NCBI RefSeq assembly: GCF_001194135.2
Contig: NC_068983.1
Coordinates: 24,138,443-24,202,442, forward strand
DNA length: 64,000 bases
DNA from: Octopus bimaculoides
Lineage: Eukaryota
Direction: 5' to 3'
In this document: positions 1 through 10,379 of the stretch, one piece after another
Numbering within the stretch: the stretch's first letter is position 1
Layout of the letters: each line of letters starts with the position of its first letter
Position numbers and translations under genes: made by a program
The notes under the pieces: generated by a model
The model's database searches: none
Told to the model about the DNA's origin: nothing
Seen by the model: only the letters and a program-made list of their open reading frames with translations

Positions 1-189
1 AAGAATAAAAAATATTTAAAAAAAAAATTATCTTCGTTAAAAGACCGCTTCCTTCAAATCTTCCACCGGTTCTGTTGCCTAATTCCACCGATGTTATTGG
101 ATTATATATGTTTTTGTATAGGGAGCCCGGTGTAGCACATCCATGTTGTTATTCAGCCTGGTGCTGAATCTATTCAGCCCGGTGCTGTT

Positions 190-223
190 GCTGCTGCTGC
201 TGCTGCTGATGATGATGATGATG

Positions 224-259
<36 letters not shown>

Positions 260-260
260 T
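190..260. repeat. Compound microsatellite (CTG)n(GAT)n(ATT)n
   Basis: Directly visible trinucleotide runs. Confidence 0.95.
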
Positions 261-655
261 AAGGCGGTAAGCCGGCAGAATTGTTAGCATGCCGGGCAAA
301 ATGCTTAGCAGTACTTTGTCTGTCTTTTTGCTTTGAGTTCAAATTCCACTAAGGTTGACTTTGCCTTTCATCCTTTTGGGGTCGATAAATTAAGTACCAG
401 TGAAATTTCCCAATTCCCTAACTGGATGGGACACCAGTCTGTCACAGGATTACTCATTTTTGCCAGCTCAGTGGACTGGAGCAACATGAAATGAAGTGAT
501 TTGCTGAAGAACACAACATGTTGCTCAGTCTAGGAATCGAAACCACAATCTTATGATCATGAGTCCAATACCCTAACTGTTAAGCTACATGCCTCCACTA
601 GTTGAGTACTGGGGTTGATGTAATTGAATAAGCCTTCCTTCAAAATTTCAGGCTT
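261..655 (+). mobile_element. SINE family A copy, interrupted by a family C SINE
   Basis: Head aaggcggtaagccggcagaattgttagc...gagttcaaattcc (A/B-box-like) and body gactttgcctttcatcc...gtcgataaattaagtaccagt. Its continuation (gttgagtactggggttgatgtaattg) resumes at ~599. The same sequence recurs >10 times in the window. Confidence 0.8.
403..598 (-). mobile_element. SINE family C (tRNA-headed)
   Basis: Reverse complement gives head gtggaggcatgtagcttaacagttagggtattggactcatgatcataagattgtggtttcgattcc and body gtgttcttcagcaaatcacttcatttcatgttgctccagtccactgagctggcaaaaatgag; homologous to 57618-57865. Confidence 0.8.
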
Positions 656-1416
656 TATTACTATATTACTTACAAAGGATTATGTATAACTTCATAAGCA
701 ATGAAGCACTGATTTCACTGTACTTGCTGAAGAAATGTTGTGAGAATTTCTAAGCTGATATGAAGGAAAGATCATAAATTTTTGTAGAAAAATAGATTTG
801 TTTAGAGAATAATTAACTCAAAGACAACACTTGCATGAAAAACAATGATTAAATTTTAAAACGGTATTGTATTGCATCATCACGTCACAACCAATCTTCA
901 GATTGAGCCAAAAGAGCTTACATTTCCATAGCTCTTCAAAATTACTGATACCATCTGTCATTTACAATTCTTCACAGAAGCGTTACCATTTCTGTTTACT
1001 TATTTATCTATTTATTTATTTTACTTTTTCAGTGACAGGTATGATTTGAACTCTGGATTAACAGAGGTATATTCGTTTTGTATACTTTCTGCGTTCTGAA
1101 TACAAATTCTTTTGAGATCAACTTGTGAAGTAGGAAAATAATTATTATTTTCAAAGCATGAACTGGTTATATTTGTTTTATATTTGTTTTTCATTTGTTA
1201 TTGTTTTTAACGGTTTCACTCATTAGTGTGTCGCTATGTGAGGTGGGTGGGGGAGGATCGTTCAAGTGAGAATCAAACCTATCAGACCCTGGTATTTATT
1301 TTATCAAGTTTTATTTGTGGAACCACTAAGTTGCAAGACATTAAGAGGAGGACACATAAACACATACACACACACATACAAACATGTGTGCATATTATTA
1401 TGTGTGTATATATATA

Positions 1417-1760
1417 AGACGGCAAGCTGGCCGAAACGTTAGCACACCGGGCGAAATGCTTAGCAGTATTTCATCTGCTGTTACGTTCTGAGTTCAAATT
1501 CCGCCGAGGTTGACTTTGCCTTTCATCCTTTCGAGATCGATAAATTAAGTACCAGTTACGCAGTGGGGTCGATGTAATCGACTTAATCTCTTTGTCTGTT
1601 CTTGTTTGTCCCCTCTATGTTTAGCCCCTTGTAGGCAATAAAGAAATAAGAATCGTTAGTACGCCGGGCAAAATGCTTAGGGGCATATCGTCCATCTTTA
1701 TGTTCTGAGTTCAAAGTCAACTTTGTTTTTTCAGGGTCAATAAAATAAGTAAAAAAGGAA
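1417..1760 (+). mobile_element. SINE family A, near full-length copy followed by a second partial copy
   Basis: gacggcaagctggccgaaacgttagcacaccgggcgaaatgcttagc...gagttcaaattccgccgagg...agcccctt; the second head starts at ~1649. Confidence 0.85.
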
Positions 1761-1774
1761 AAGTTTTCTTCTCG

Positions 1775-2000
1775 AGTCATATTGACTCGTAAGGGTCAGC
1801 TTTCATGATATATATATTCCCCACTTGGATGGGATACTGGCCCGTCACAGGATTACTCAATTTTGCCAGCCGAGTGGACTGAAATAACATGAAATGAAGT
1901 GTTTTGCTCAAGAATACAATGTGTCCCAGTTCAGAAATCGAAACCACAATCTTACAATTTTGAGTCCAACACACTAACCACTAAGCCACATGCCTCCACA
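1775..2000 (-). mobile_element. SINE family C
   Basis: Homologous to 403-598 and 53040-53330. Confidence 0.8.
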
Positions 2001-3349
2001 ATAAAATAAATATCAGTTGAGCATTGGGGGGGGGGGTCAATGTAATTGACTTACCCCTCCCACGAAATTTGCGCCTTGTATGAAAATTTAAATCCAATAT
2101 TAAGCATAGCTCTTCCATACATGAGAAACTTTCCACACACGCACATGCTCACACAACAAAATTCATTTTTCTGGTGGTGGTGGTGGTGGTGGTAGTGGTA
2201 GTGGTGATGGGAAGAGATTAAAAAGTGATTTGTGATCAAAGCAAAACTGAATTTCCTATCTCCACCTGTTAGGTATATTTACTCAACTACAATATAATCT
2301 CAAACATAATACAGCCTTCACTTTTTCTACTTAAAATATCAATAATATACAACTGAGAAGGGTTGAAATATAATACTATCAGCATATACCAGTCTTGGGC
2401 AAATTAGTAAACTACAGCCCACAGGACTTGCAGAATGTCAAATCTAATTTTATGAGGAAAATAACATTTAATAAAATTTTGTTTTTTCTTTTTGTAGTAC
2501 AGCTCATCTGAAAATGAACCATGTCTCATGTGGGTCACTTCTCGTAAAAGGCTGCTCATGCCTCATGTATACTATATTGATTAGTATACTACGCATAAGA
2601 TAGAATACTATGTATATTACAGAATATTATGTATATAATAGAAGATTACTATTGACTCATACAACAATGTATTTCTATTCAAACATGGTAAAAAAACATA
2701 TAAGTTTACTGAAAAATGTAACCCTATTGAACATTTGAAAAATAATTGTCCTTAATTTGCATGTTTGAAAAATTTGAATATATAATTAGTTAATTTGCAT
2801 ATTTGATTTGATATTGAACTTGTTATAAAAGCACTACAACGTAGCACACAAGTAAACAGCATACAAAATTTGATAAGTGTGCTACTTATAGAATTGGAAA
2901 CATTTCATTTACTCAAATTAATTAGACAAACTTAGTCATTTTCTCTGACTATCTCTGCATATGCAGAGAAAATTTTTTGCTGAAGAACCACATTTTCAAG
3001 TTTTCTGTTTTACAACTATAATAAATAATACATTTGATTTATTTATAGAGTTTGTTTTGTCAATTTATGTCAAAAGATTTTTTTCAAACGAGAGGTTTAA
3101 ATTAAAAAAAAGAACACAAAAAACAAACAAACAAACAAAAAACCATCAGCATGTTTTACCAAATTGCATTTCCTGTCAGGTTTCCCTATATTTTGAAAAA
3201 ACTTTAAACAGCAATAACTTCAGGAAACATTTTCTAATATGCATAATTTTATTTCACCAAATGAAATTTGTTGCCAAGATCTTTAACATATGGCCAGATT
3301 TATACATATTCAGATGTGAATGCTTTATTTGCCATACCTGCTAATATGA

Positions 3350-3600
3350 GGGGGCAGGTGTATGGACTAGGGGGTTAAGTTGGTGGGCTTAAATCCGTAA
3401 GGTCAGGGGTTTGATTCTCAGACCAGAGAGCACATTATATCTCTCAGTAGGGCATTTCATTTTGCTCACCTGAAACTGAGCATCTGGGCCAGCTGCAGGT
3501 TTAACCCTATGATGGACTGATGTCATGTTTAGAGGTGAGTCTTGTAATTCCAGTCAATTAAATACCATGAAATCTGGGACAATCTCAGCTCTAAATGGGC
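3350..3600 (+). mobile_element. Diverged SINE family C
   Basis: Head ggggcaggtgtatggactagggggttaag...ggtttgattctcagacc and a degenerate C body. Confidence 0.55.
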
Positions 3601-3659
3601 CTGTTAGATTCATGATAGACTTTTATATCTACTAATGCAAACTAATATATTGTACAGCC

Positions 3660-3920
3660 TAAGAGCAGTGAGCTGGCAGAAACATTAGCACGCTGGGCAA
3701 AATGTTTCTTTCTTTTTTTCTCTTGCCTTTAACCCTCCAACGTTCTGGGGGAGGGTTATAGTCAAACATATTGACCCCAATACTCAGCTGGTACTTATTT
3801 TATTGACTCCCAAAAGACGAAGTCGACTTGGTGGAATTTGAACTCAGAACATAGCGGCAGATGAAATATCACTAAGCATTTAGCCCAGCATGCTAATGAT
3901 TCTGCCGGCTTGCCACCGTA
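3660..3920. mobile_element. SINE family A fragments in opposite orientations
   Basis: Plus head gagctggcagaaacattagcacgctgggcaaaatg at ~3669; minus copy ...ggaatttgaactcagaac...ctgccggcttgccacc ending ~3918. Confidence 0.7.
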
Positions 3921-4029
3921 ATATTAATACTGATAATAACAATAGATTAATAAATAAATAAATAAATAATGAGAGAGAATTAAGAATAACTATTAATTGA
4001 TATAGACCTAGAAATATAATTTGAGACAA

Positions 4030-4560
4030 AAAAAAAAAATTCTACAATTTTACATCACGAGCATTAAATAAATATATATTCATTTTATGGTTATTGTGGA
4101 AAAAGGAAATAAGCAAATGGAATATTTTTAAGATAAAAGAGTATTTTCAAATAAAAGCCAAACATTTAACACTAAGCAAAATTCAAAAAGCTAATTTAAA
4201 TTCTTTTACACGAGTGTTTGATCTGAAAATGCACTTTCTTTCTTTGTTAGATTTCTTGAAATATTTCTTAATGTTTCTTTGTTTTGTTGACTTCTGTTTA
4301 ATAGTGATCAATGCATTTTTAAGCATATGCACTTGCATAATTTGTTACATAGAGAAACTTGGCTTCTGTTCAGAATAAGAAAGAAAGGTATCCATGCACG
4401 AATGAGCTTTAGGCGAAGATAGTTTAGCAATTGTTTCATTTCTAATTTCGTGTTTAGTCAGAAACAGGTTGTTGAAGCTTGATTCTCTGAAACTTACAGC
4501 ATGGTCAAATAATCTCTTGATTACTGTCTCAACATGTTATCCTTCTCGATGGGAATTAGG
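4030..4560 (-). pseudogene. pogo/Tigger (JRKL-like) transposase C-terminal remnant
   Basis: Minus-strand translation with stops: AHSCMDTFLSYSEQKPSFSM*QIMQVHMLKNALITIKQKSTKQRNIKKYFKK, resembling the C-terminus of JRKL/Tigger transposases. A second copy lies at 7780-8520. Confidence 0.55.
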
Positions 4561-4592
<32 letters not shown>

Positions 4593-4715
4593 ACATATTG
4601 CTTGTTTGATTTGACAAATGAACAGCTCGTTCATTAACTACATGAACAAGCATTTCATGAATTCAGTGGCAGTTTGGCAAAGTTGTTTGAGTGTTGGACA
4701 GATTCATCATCATCT

Positions 4716-5160
4716 TCAATGTTCTCCCCTTCTTTTTCTTCTTCTTCTTCTTCTTCTTCTTCTTCTTCTTCTTCTTCTTCTTCTTCTTCTTCTTCCTCCT
4801 CCTCCTCTTCCTCCTCCTCCTCCTCCCCTTCTTCCTTCTCTCCCATCCTCCACCTCCTCCTCCCCTTCTTCCTTCTCTCCCATCCTCCACCTCCTCCTCC
4901 CCACATCCCCACACCATCCTCTCCCCTCCTTCCCCTCTTCTTTTTCTTATTCCTCCCCTCTTCTTCATCCTCCTCCTACTCTTCCTCCTGCTCATCATTA
5001 ACATCCCTACCTCTTCTTCATCATCAACATCCTTGTTGTCATCCTCAATATCACCACCACCATCATCACCACTACCACCACCACCACCACTGCATTCACT
5101 CTATCTTCACCATCATCACCACCACCATCATCATTACCCTCATCATCTTCATTAATAGCA
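4716..5160. repeat. Compound (CTT)n/(CCT)n/(CAT,CAC)n low-complexity tract
   Basis: Direct; includes a ~32-bp duplication tccttctctcccatcctccacctcctcctccc at ~4833 and ~4870. Source of several spurious ORFs. Confidence 0.95.
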
Positions 5161-5499
5161 CCTTCATTACCATCTTAACATCCACTTTCATGGTCAGACA
5201 GAATTCATCGAGACAAATTTTTCTTCTGCCCTTCCTGTCAGCAACCTTCAGTAGTTTCCAAATAAGGCAATGTTTCCCCCATAATCAGACATGTTTTCAT
5301 GGAAGACTGAAAATGAAAGCCACTGCTTCTATGACAGTAATAGCCACTTACACCTATCATACAATATCAAGTCAAAGAAATTTAAACACATACACAGACC
5401 CTTACACGCATACATACATTTATACATGTATGTATGTATATATCATTTAATGTTCACAGTAAATAGTCAGAAGTTAGAGATGTAAATAGTCAGAAGTTA

Positions 5500-6135
5500 C
5501 AGCGTCTCTTAAGGATAACCTAAATGCAAAGGAGAATTACATTGGGTTATGTGAGGGTGATTTCAAAAGTTGTTATGCAAACCACCTCTCTACTTTTTGG
5601 TACATTGACAAAAGCCACTAAGTTGGCAAGCTACATTCGGGGTTTGAAGATCAACTCCACACCACATACAATCAAATGGAAAATTGTAGAGAAGTCCATA
5701 CCATATGTTAATCCATCTAAGAAATGCAACTTATGCGTAGCTGAAAGATCGCATATCCTTTTTAGATCTAAGAATTCCACTGCACTGCTGAATTCCAGAT
5801 AAGAAATTTTCAGCAAATGCAAACATACGGATAAATTTCTGTTGGCAAACCGAAGGGTACCACCCTCTTCAGATTGAGCTGCTGTCTCATAGACTTTGGA
5901 TCCTCTCCACTAAATCATTCTCAACAGCTAGCTTTATTATGGCGTTTTTTCATGCTTCCACTTTTTACATCTGCCATCTTCTAATTTTTTTCTCATAATT
6001 TCTCGTTTCAGTGTCCTGATTTGTAAATTTAATAGGTCATTTGTTCAGAGCCCAAAGATTGCTTGAAGAAATGAAACAAGGTGTGTTATAAAAAATCTGC
6101 CTTGACAGCTCCAATGCATGAAACTGTTAGAAGAT
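5500..6135 (+). mobile_element. Penelope-like element 3' fragment (GIY-YIG endonuclease C-terminus and 3' region)
   Basis: With a frameshift: NAKENYIGLCEGDFKSCYANHLSTF...KLASYIRGLKINSTPHTIKWKIVEKSIPYVNPSKKCNLCVAERSHILFRSKNSTALLNSR*EIFSKCKHTDKFLL. YIG, CNLC and KCxH motifs match PLE endonucleases. Confidence 0.8.
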
Positions 6136-6184
6136 TACAGAGGGGGAGTGCTAAGCAGTGACGAGTAAAATTCTAATCTTATTA

Positions 6185-6280
6185 TCATTCTTAATATGCT
6201 TGAGGCATGTTCAAACCAGGGAACAAGCTACTCACTGTGTTTTGTCATGGAAAAATATATCCCATTTGTTGAGAAATGGT
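6185..6280. mobile_element. Truncated copy of the palindromic MITE at 6603-6883
   Basis: aatatgcttgaggcatgttcaaaccagggaacaagctactcactgtgttttgtcatgga...aaatggtgt matches the MITE arm and is cut off at 6281. Confidence 0.7.
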
Positions 6281-6332
6281 GTTAACACAACATTTCGGCT
6301 GATATACCCTCCAGCCTTCATCAGGTGTCTTG
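6281..6332 (-). ncRNA. Minimal type-I hammerhead ribozyme motif (copy 1)
   Basis: gacac-CTGATGA-a-ggctg-gagggtatat-cagcc-GAAA-tgtt-gtgtt: conserved core, 5-bp stem II, stem I gacac/gtgtt, predicted GUU cleavage triplet. Confidence 0.6.
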
Positions 6333-6406
6333 GGGAAATTTCCAACCTGGGTTCTCATTCCTAAGGTTTTTCTCGATGTTCTTCTTCTTCTTCTTATTAT
6401 TATTCA

Positions 6407-6480
6407 GGTCACTACCTGGAATCGAACTTGGAATCATGGGGTTAGTAGCCCACGCTCTTAACCACTACGCCATATGTCCC
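6407..6480 (-). promoter_or_regulatory. tRNA-derived internal Pol III promoter (SINE head, not a functional tRNA)
   Basis: GGGACATATGGCGTAGTGGTTAAGAGCGTGGGCTACTAACCCCATGATTCCAAGTTCGATTCCAGGTAGTGACC. A and B boxes and an anticodon-like arm are present, but the acceptor stem does not close. Confidence 0.7.
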
Positions 6481-6531
6481 AAGACACCTGATGAAGGCTG
6501 GAGGGTATGTCAGCTGAAACATTGTGTTAAC
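6479..6531 (+). ncRNA. Minimal type-I hammerhead ribozyme motif (inverted copy 2)
   Basis: gacac-CTGATGA(6488-6494)-a-ggctg...cagct-GAAA(6516-6519)-catt-gtgtt. Confidence 0.55.
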
Positions 6532-6602
6532 AACAAACAAGATGAGGACAAATATCTGTCAATTGTAAATAATGTAAATAATGTAAAATTGTAAAGTTAT
6601 CA

Positions 6603-6883
6603 TCAGTCCAAATATGCTTGATGCACATTTTGAACTGGTGAACAAGCTACTCACTGTGTTTTATCTTTCAATCAGCTCATAGCGCCACCTGTCTGGTGTC
6701 TATGACCAAAGAGGAGTTAACTGCTTCAAAATGCTTGCATCTCACGGTCTGGGAAGGTGGCGCTGCAAGCTGATCTAGATGTATACACACCATTTGTCAA
6801 CAGACAGGATATCTTCTCCATGACAAAATACAGTGAGTAGCTTGTTCACCAGTTCAAACGTGCCTCAAGCTTATTCAGACTGA
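6603..6883. mobile_element. Palindromic MITE (~280 bp)
   Basis: Left arm tcagtccaaatatgcttgatgcacattttgaactggtgaacaagctactcactgtg is the reverse complement of the right end ...cagtgagtagcttgttcaccagttcaaacgtgcctcaagcttattcagactga. An inner inverted segment cagctcatagcgccacct / aggtggcgctgcaagctga is present. A partial copy lies at ~63240-63385. Confidence 0.8.
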
Positions 6884-7149
6884 GAATAACATTATAATTA
6901 GAAGGTTGTATCTTTATGCTATGCTTCTTAACCATTTATTGCCCATGGACCCCATTGATTGTTACTTTATTCAGATGGACCCTCCTAGCCATTCAGTGTT
7001 TAAAAAAAAATATCATATATTTTTATCATCATCATAATCATCATAATCATCATAATCATCATCATCATCATCATCATAATCATCATCATCATCAACACCA
7101 TCATCCTTTAACATCTGTTTTACATCCTGACATGAGTTAATTCAATATT

Positions 7150-7322
7150 CATTTCTTTATTATTGCCCACAGGGAGCTAAACATAGAGAGGACAAACAAG
7201 GACAGACAAAGGGATTAAGTCAATAACATCAACCCCAGTGCATAACTGGTACTTATTTAATCGACCTTGAAAGGATGAAAGGCAAAGCTGACCTCAGTGG
7301 AATTTGAACTCAAAATGTAATG
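7150..7322 (-). mobile_element. SINE family A 3' portion
   Basis: Reverse complement of the 1417-1648 body. Confidence 0.8.
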
Positions 7323-7779
7323 GGTTAAGGAACAGTGATACAATATAAAGAATACTGCTTTATGAACTGCTTAATATAAAAAGTGTAGCCAGTCAATGCT
7401 TGCAAGTGAGGATGACTCAGTAACATGTACCATGTTTTTATTAATTGTTTTAGATGCTCTGAAGGCATATGTAGACATCGACATTCTCTTGGCTCCTCAC
7501 CTTTGAGCCTGTAGCACATTCAGAATGAGAGGGCTGGTGCAAGAGAGTACCACACAAGTGCCTGGTTGGTACTCATTTACAATTGAGTAAATGAGTAAGG
7601 TGAGTAATGCGAATAATGTGAAATGAGGTTCCCTTGATTAAGGAACTGAAGCATTGACTTTATGATTATTAGCTGAACACCCTAACTCTCAGGCCATGTG
7701 CTTTCACAACTTCTAAAATATTCAACAAGCAAACTGGGAAGAAAAATAAAATCAGACGTTGTAAAATTTTAGTAAAAAA

Positions 7780-8520
7780 AAATAAAAGGCATTTTGAAAA
7801 TAAAACTAAAATTCTACATCTCACAGCAGAAGTGTTATATAATGAATATATGTTTATTATATGGTAATTGCACAATAAGGAAATAAGCAAATCAAATATT
7901 TTAAAGATAAAAGAGTATTTCCAAATAGAAACAAAACATTTTTACTTCAGCAAAATTCAAGAAGCTAATTTAAATTCTCCAACATGACTGTTTGATCTGT
8001 AAATGTACTTTCTTTCTTCAATGGATTTTTTAAAGAATTTTCTAATGTTGTTTTGTTTCACTGATTTCTGTTTTGTAGTGATTGGTGCATTTTAAGCATG
8101 TGCACTTGCATAATTTGCTGCATAGAGAAACTTGGATAGCGTTCAAAATACAAAAAAAAAAAAAAGGAAAATATTAATGCTCAACTGAACCAATGACCAA
8201 ATTATCTTTACAATTGTTTCATTTCTATCTCATCTTTGTTCGAAAAAGACAAAAAAAAAAAATTTGCTGAATCTTGATTTTAGGATTAACCACACTGTCA
8301 ATAATCTCCTGATATGAAAAGCTATGGGTTAATTCAATATCAATGTTAATTGCTATTTCATTGATACCTTTTACCCCACAAGATAATAAAATATATTTTC
8401 TATGGATGCTTCTTCTGTCTGCATTATTTCTTTTGTGTTCCACTGAGCATAAAATTCAGCAAAATCCACTTCATCTTCGACATCAGAAATTAAATTGCTC
8501 AGCATTATAAATAAGCCAAA
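7780..8520 (-). pseudogene. pogo/Tigger (JRKL-like) transposase C-terminal remnant, copy 2
   Basis: PSFSMQQIMQVHMLK...TKQKSVKQNNIRKFFKK; clearly homologous to 4030-4560. Confidence 0.55.
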
Positions 8521-8816
8521 ATTTTAGCAATGTTCCCAAAAGAGTAATAGGTTTTAACAGAAGTCCATATAATACCAGATAACTTTTAAATTGACAATAA
8601 CAATCAGGGACAGAAATTTTGATGCAGATTAACTGTTTTATAAAAATCATTTCTATAGCGACATTTAAAATTATGGATAAAAGCCCCAGTCCATCAGTTT
8701 AATGACAAAAGTGATATTGAGTTGTAAATAACAAGAAACGTTTCCACAATCCCAAATTAACTTAAATTCAATGAGATGAACTCAGTGGTTACCAAGGTGA
8801 AAGACGCATTCAACAT

Positions 8817-9107
8817 TTAACCTTTTAGCATTTAAACAAACCATGTCTGGCCAAAATAATTTACCTGTTTTATCTTCAAGCTGGCCAGATCTGGCCTGTC
8901 ACACTTAGTCTACAATGTTTTTCTAAATAAAAATAAAATCCAAGTTGCAGATATAGCTGTGCAGTACAAAGCCTGCTTCCCAACTTACATGGTTCTAGGT
9001 TGAGTCCCACTGTATGGCACCTTGGGCAAGTGTCTTCTACAATAGCTTCAGGCTGACCAAAGCCTTGGGAGTGGATTTGGTAGACAGAAACTGAAAGAAG
9101 CCTGCTG

Positions 9108-9140
<33 letters not shown>

Positions 9141-9483
9141 ATGTATATATTTATGTGAGTGCCTGTGTTTGTGTTTGTACCTCCACCATCGTTTGGCAAT
9201 CGATGCTGGTGTGTTTACATCCCCATAACTTAGTGGTTCAGCAAAAGAGACTGATAGAATAAGTACTAGGCTTACAAAGAATAAGTCCTGAGGTCGATTT
9301 CTTCAACTACAACCATTTAAGGTGGTGCTCCAGCATGTCCTCAGTCAAATGACTGAAAAAAGTTAAGGAATAAAAGAATATCATTGAAATCTCGAATCTA
9401 CAAAGTAATGCATGACTAATCCATATCAATGTGTATAAATAAATATTACATTTCATAGAGTGATCTGAATTTTAAAAGGTTAA
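8817..9483. mobile_element. piggyBac-type MITE with TTAA ends, split by a family B SINE
   Basis: TTAA-ccttttagcatt at 8817 and aattttaaaagg-TTAA at 9480-9483 form short TIRs. MITE sequence flanks the SINE on both sides. Confidence 0.65.
8945..9380 (+). mobile_element. SINE family B (tRNA head, internal (TA)n/(GT)n)
   Basis: Homologous to 62697-63140 and 28322-28720: ...ggttctaggttgagtcccactgtatggcaccttgggcaagtgtc...ggtgctccagcatg...aaatgactgaaa. Confidence 0.85.
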
Positions 9484-9624
9484 AGATTTATCTATATTAC
9501 TCAAATCAAACTACAGTTGCTAATCTGTATATAAACCAATCTTTATAAGATTCTTTATCCATCCATATATTTTTTAATCTCACAAGAAATTGATAAATGC
9601 AATTTAAATGTAATTGAACCAAAT

Positions 9625-10100
9625 TCGATGACTGACACCTGTGTCAGTGGAGCGCTAACAGCACCGTCTGAGCGTGATCGATGCTAGAGCAGCTGTCTGG
9701 CTTCCGTGTCAGTGGCATGTAAATAGCACCATTTGAGCATGATCATTACCAGCGTCGCCTTACTGGCACTTCTGCCAGTGGCACGTGAAAAGATATTCGA
9801 GCGAGGTCATTGTCAGTGCCACTGGACTGGCTCCTGTGCAGGTGACATGTAAATAACACCATTTTGAGCATGGCTGTTGTCAGTACCACCTGACTGGCCC
9901 TTGTGCCGGTGGCACGTAAAAGCACCCACTACACTCTCAGAGTGGTTGGCGTTAGGAAAGACATCCAGCTGTAGAAACTCTGCCAGATCAGATTGGAGCC
10001 TGGTGCAGCCATCTGGTTCGCCAGTCCTCAGTCAAATCGTCCAACCCAAGCTAGCATGGAAAGCGGATGTTAAACGATGATTATGATGATGATGATGATG
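9625..10100 (+). mobile_element. Family D retro-element with internal ~65-bp tandem units and (GAT)n tail
   Basis: Repeated gtggcacgtaaaa..gcaccatt(t)gagc..g..cgttgccagt units, then ggttggcgttaggaaagacatccagctgtagaaac...gctagcatggaaagcggatgttaaacgatgat. Confidence 0.8.
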
Positions 10101-10379
10101 TTTTCAACCAGGATCCATATGGCCCCTGAGGGTTCATATTTGATTTTGAGCACAGCAAAATAGCAAACTGGGGATCCACAATATAATATTTCAAATGCCC
10201 CTAAAAAAACTTTGCTTTTGATGTGTGTACTGGTATGTATTGCAAGAAACAGCTTGATTTCTTCCCCTAACATTTCACATGGTTCAACTCACATAAGTTA
10301 ACGTGTGAGAAACAAAATAGGAATGTTGAAAGAGGTTTCTATAAAACTAGTCGATAAACACAGAATGGTTATGGGGGCC

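Larger units (their letters stand above)
6281..6595 (-). mobile_element. tRNA-headed short element with hammerhead-containing tail and an inverted partial tail copy (putative Penelope-mobilised SINE)
   Basis: Minus strand: tRNA-like head 6480-6407 (A-box TGGCGTAGTGG, B-box GTTCGATTCC), AAT/AAG linker, tail ending in a hammerhead motif. 53-bp inverted repeat 6281-6332 / 6479-6531 with 4 mismatches. Confidence 0.7.

Noticed and set aside
148-187. 17-bp tandem duplication tattcagc(c/t)ggtgctg in a CpG-richer window start
   Set aside because: Too short and context is truncated by the window edge; no function inferable.
4618-5450. Cluster of long ORFs (poly-S/E/K/F/P/H)
   Set aside because: Translations of trinucleotide microsatellites open in many frames; no splice or domain support.
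6407-6480. Functional tRNA gene
   Set aside because: Acceptor stem does not pair and the sequence is embedded in a repeat; it is a SINE head. The same applies to heads of families A-C.
9625-9940. CRISPR-like array
   Set aside because: Eukaryotic context; units are contiguous diverged tandem repeats with no unique spacers and no cas genes.
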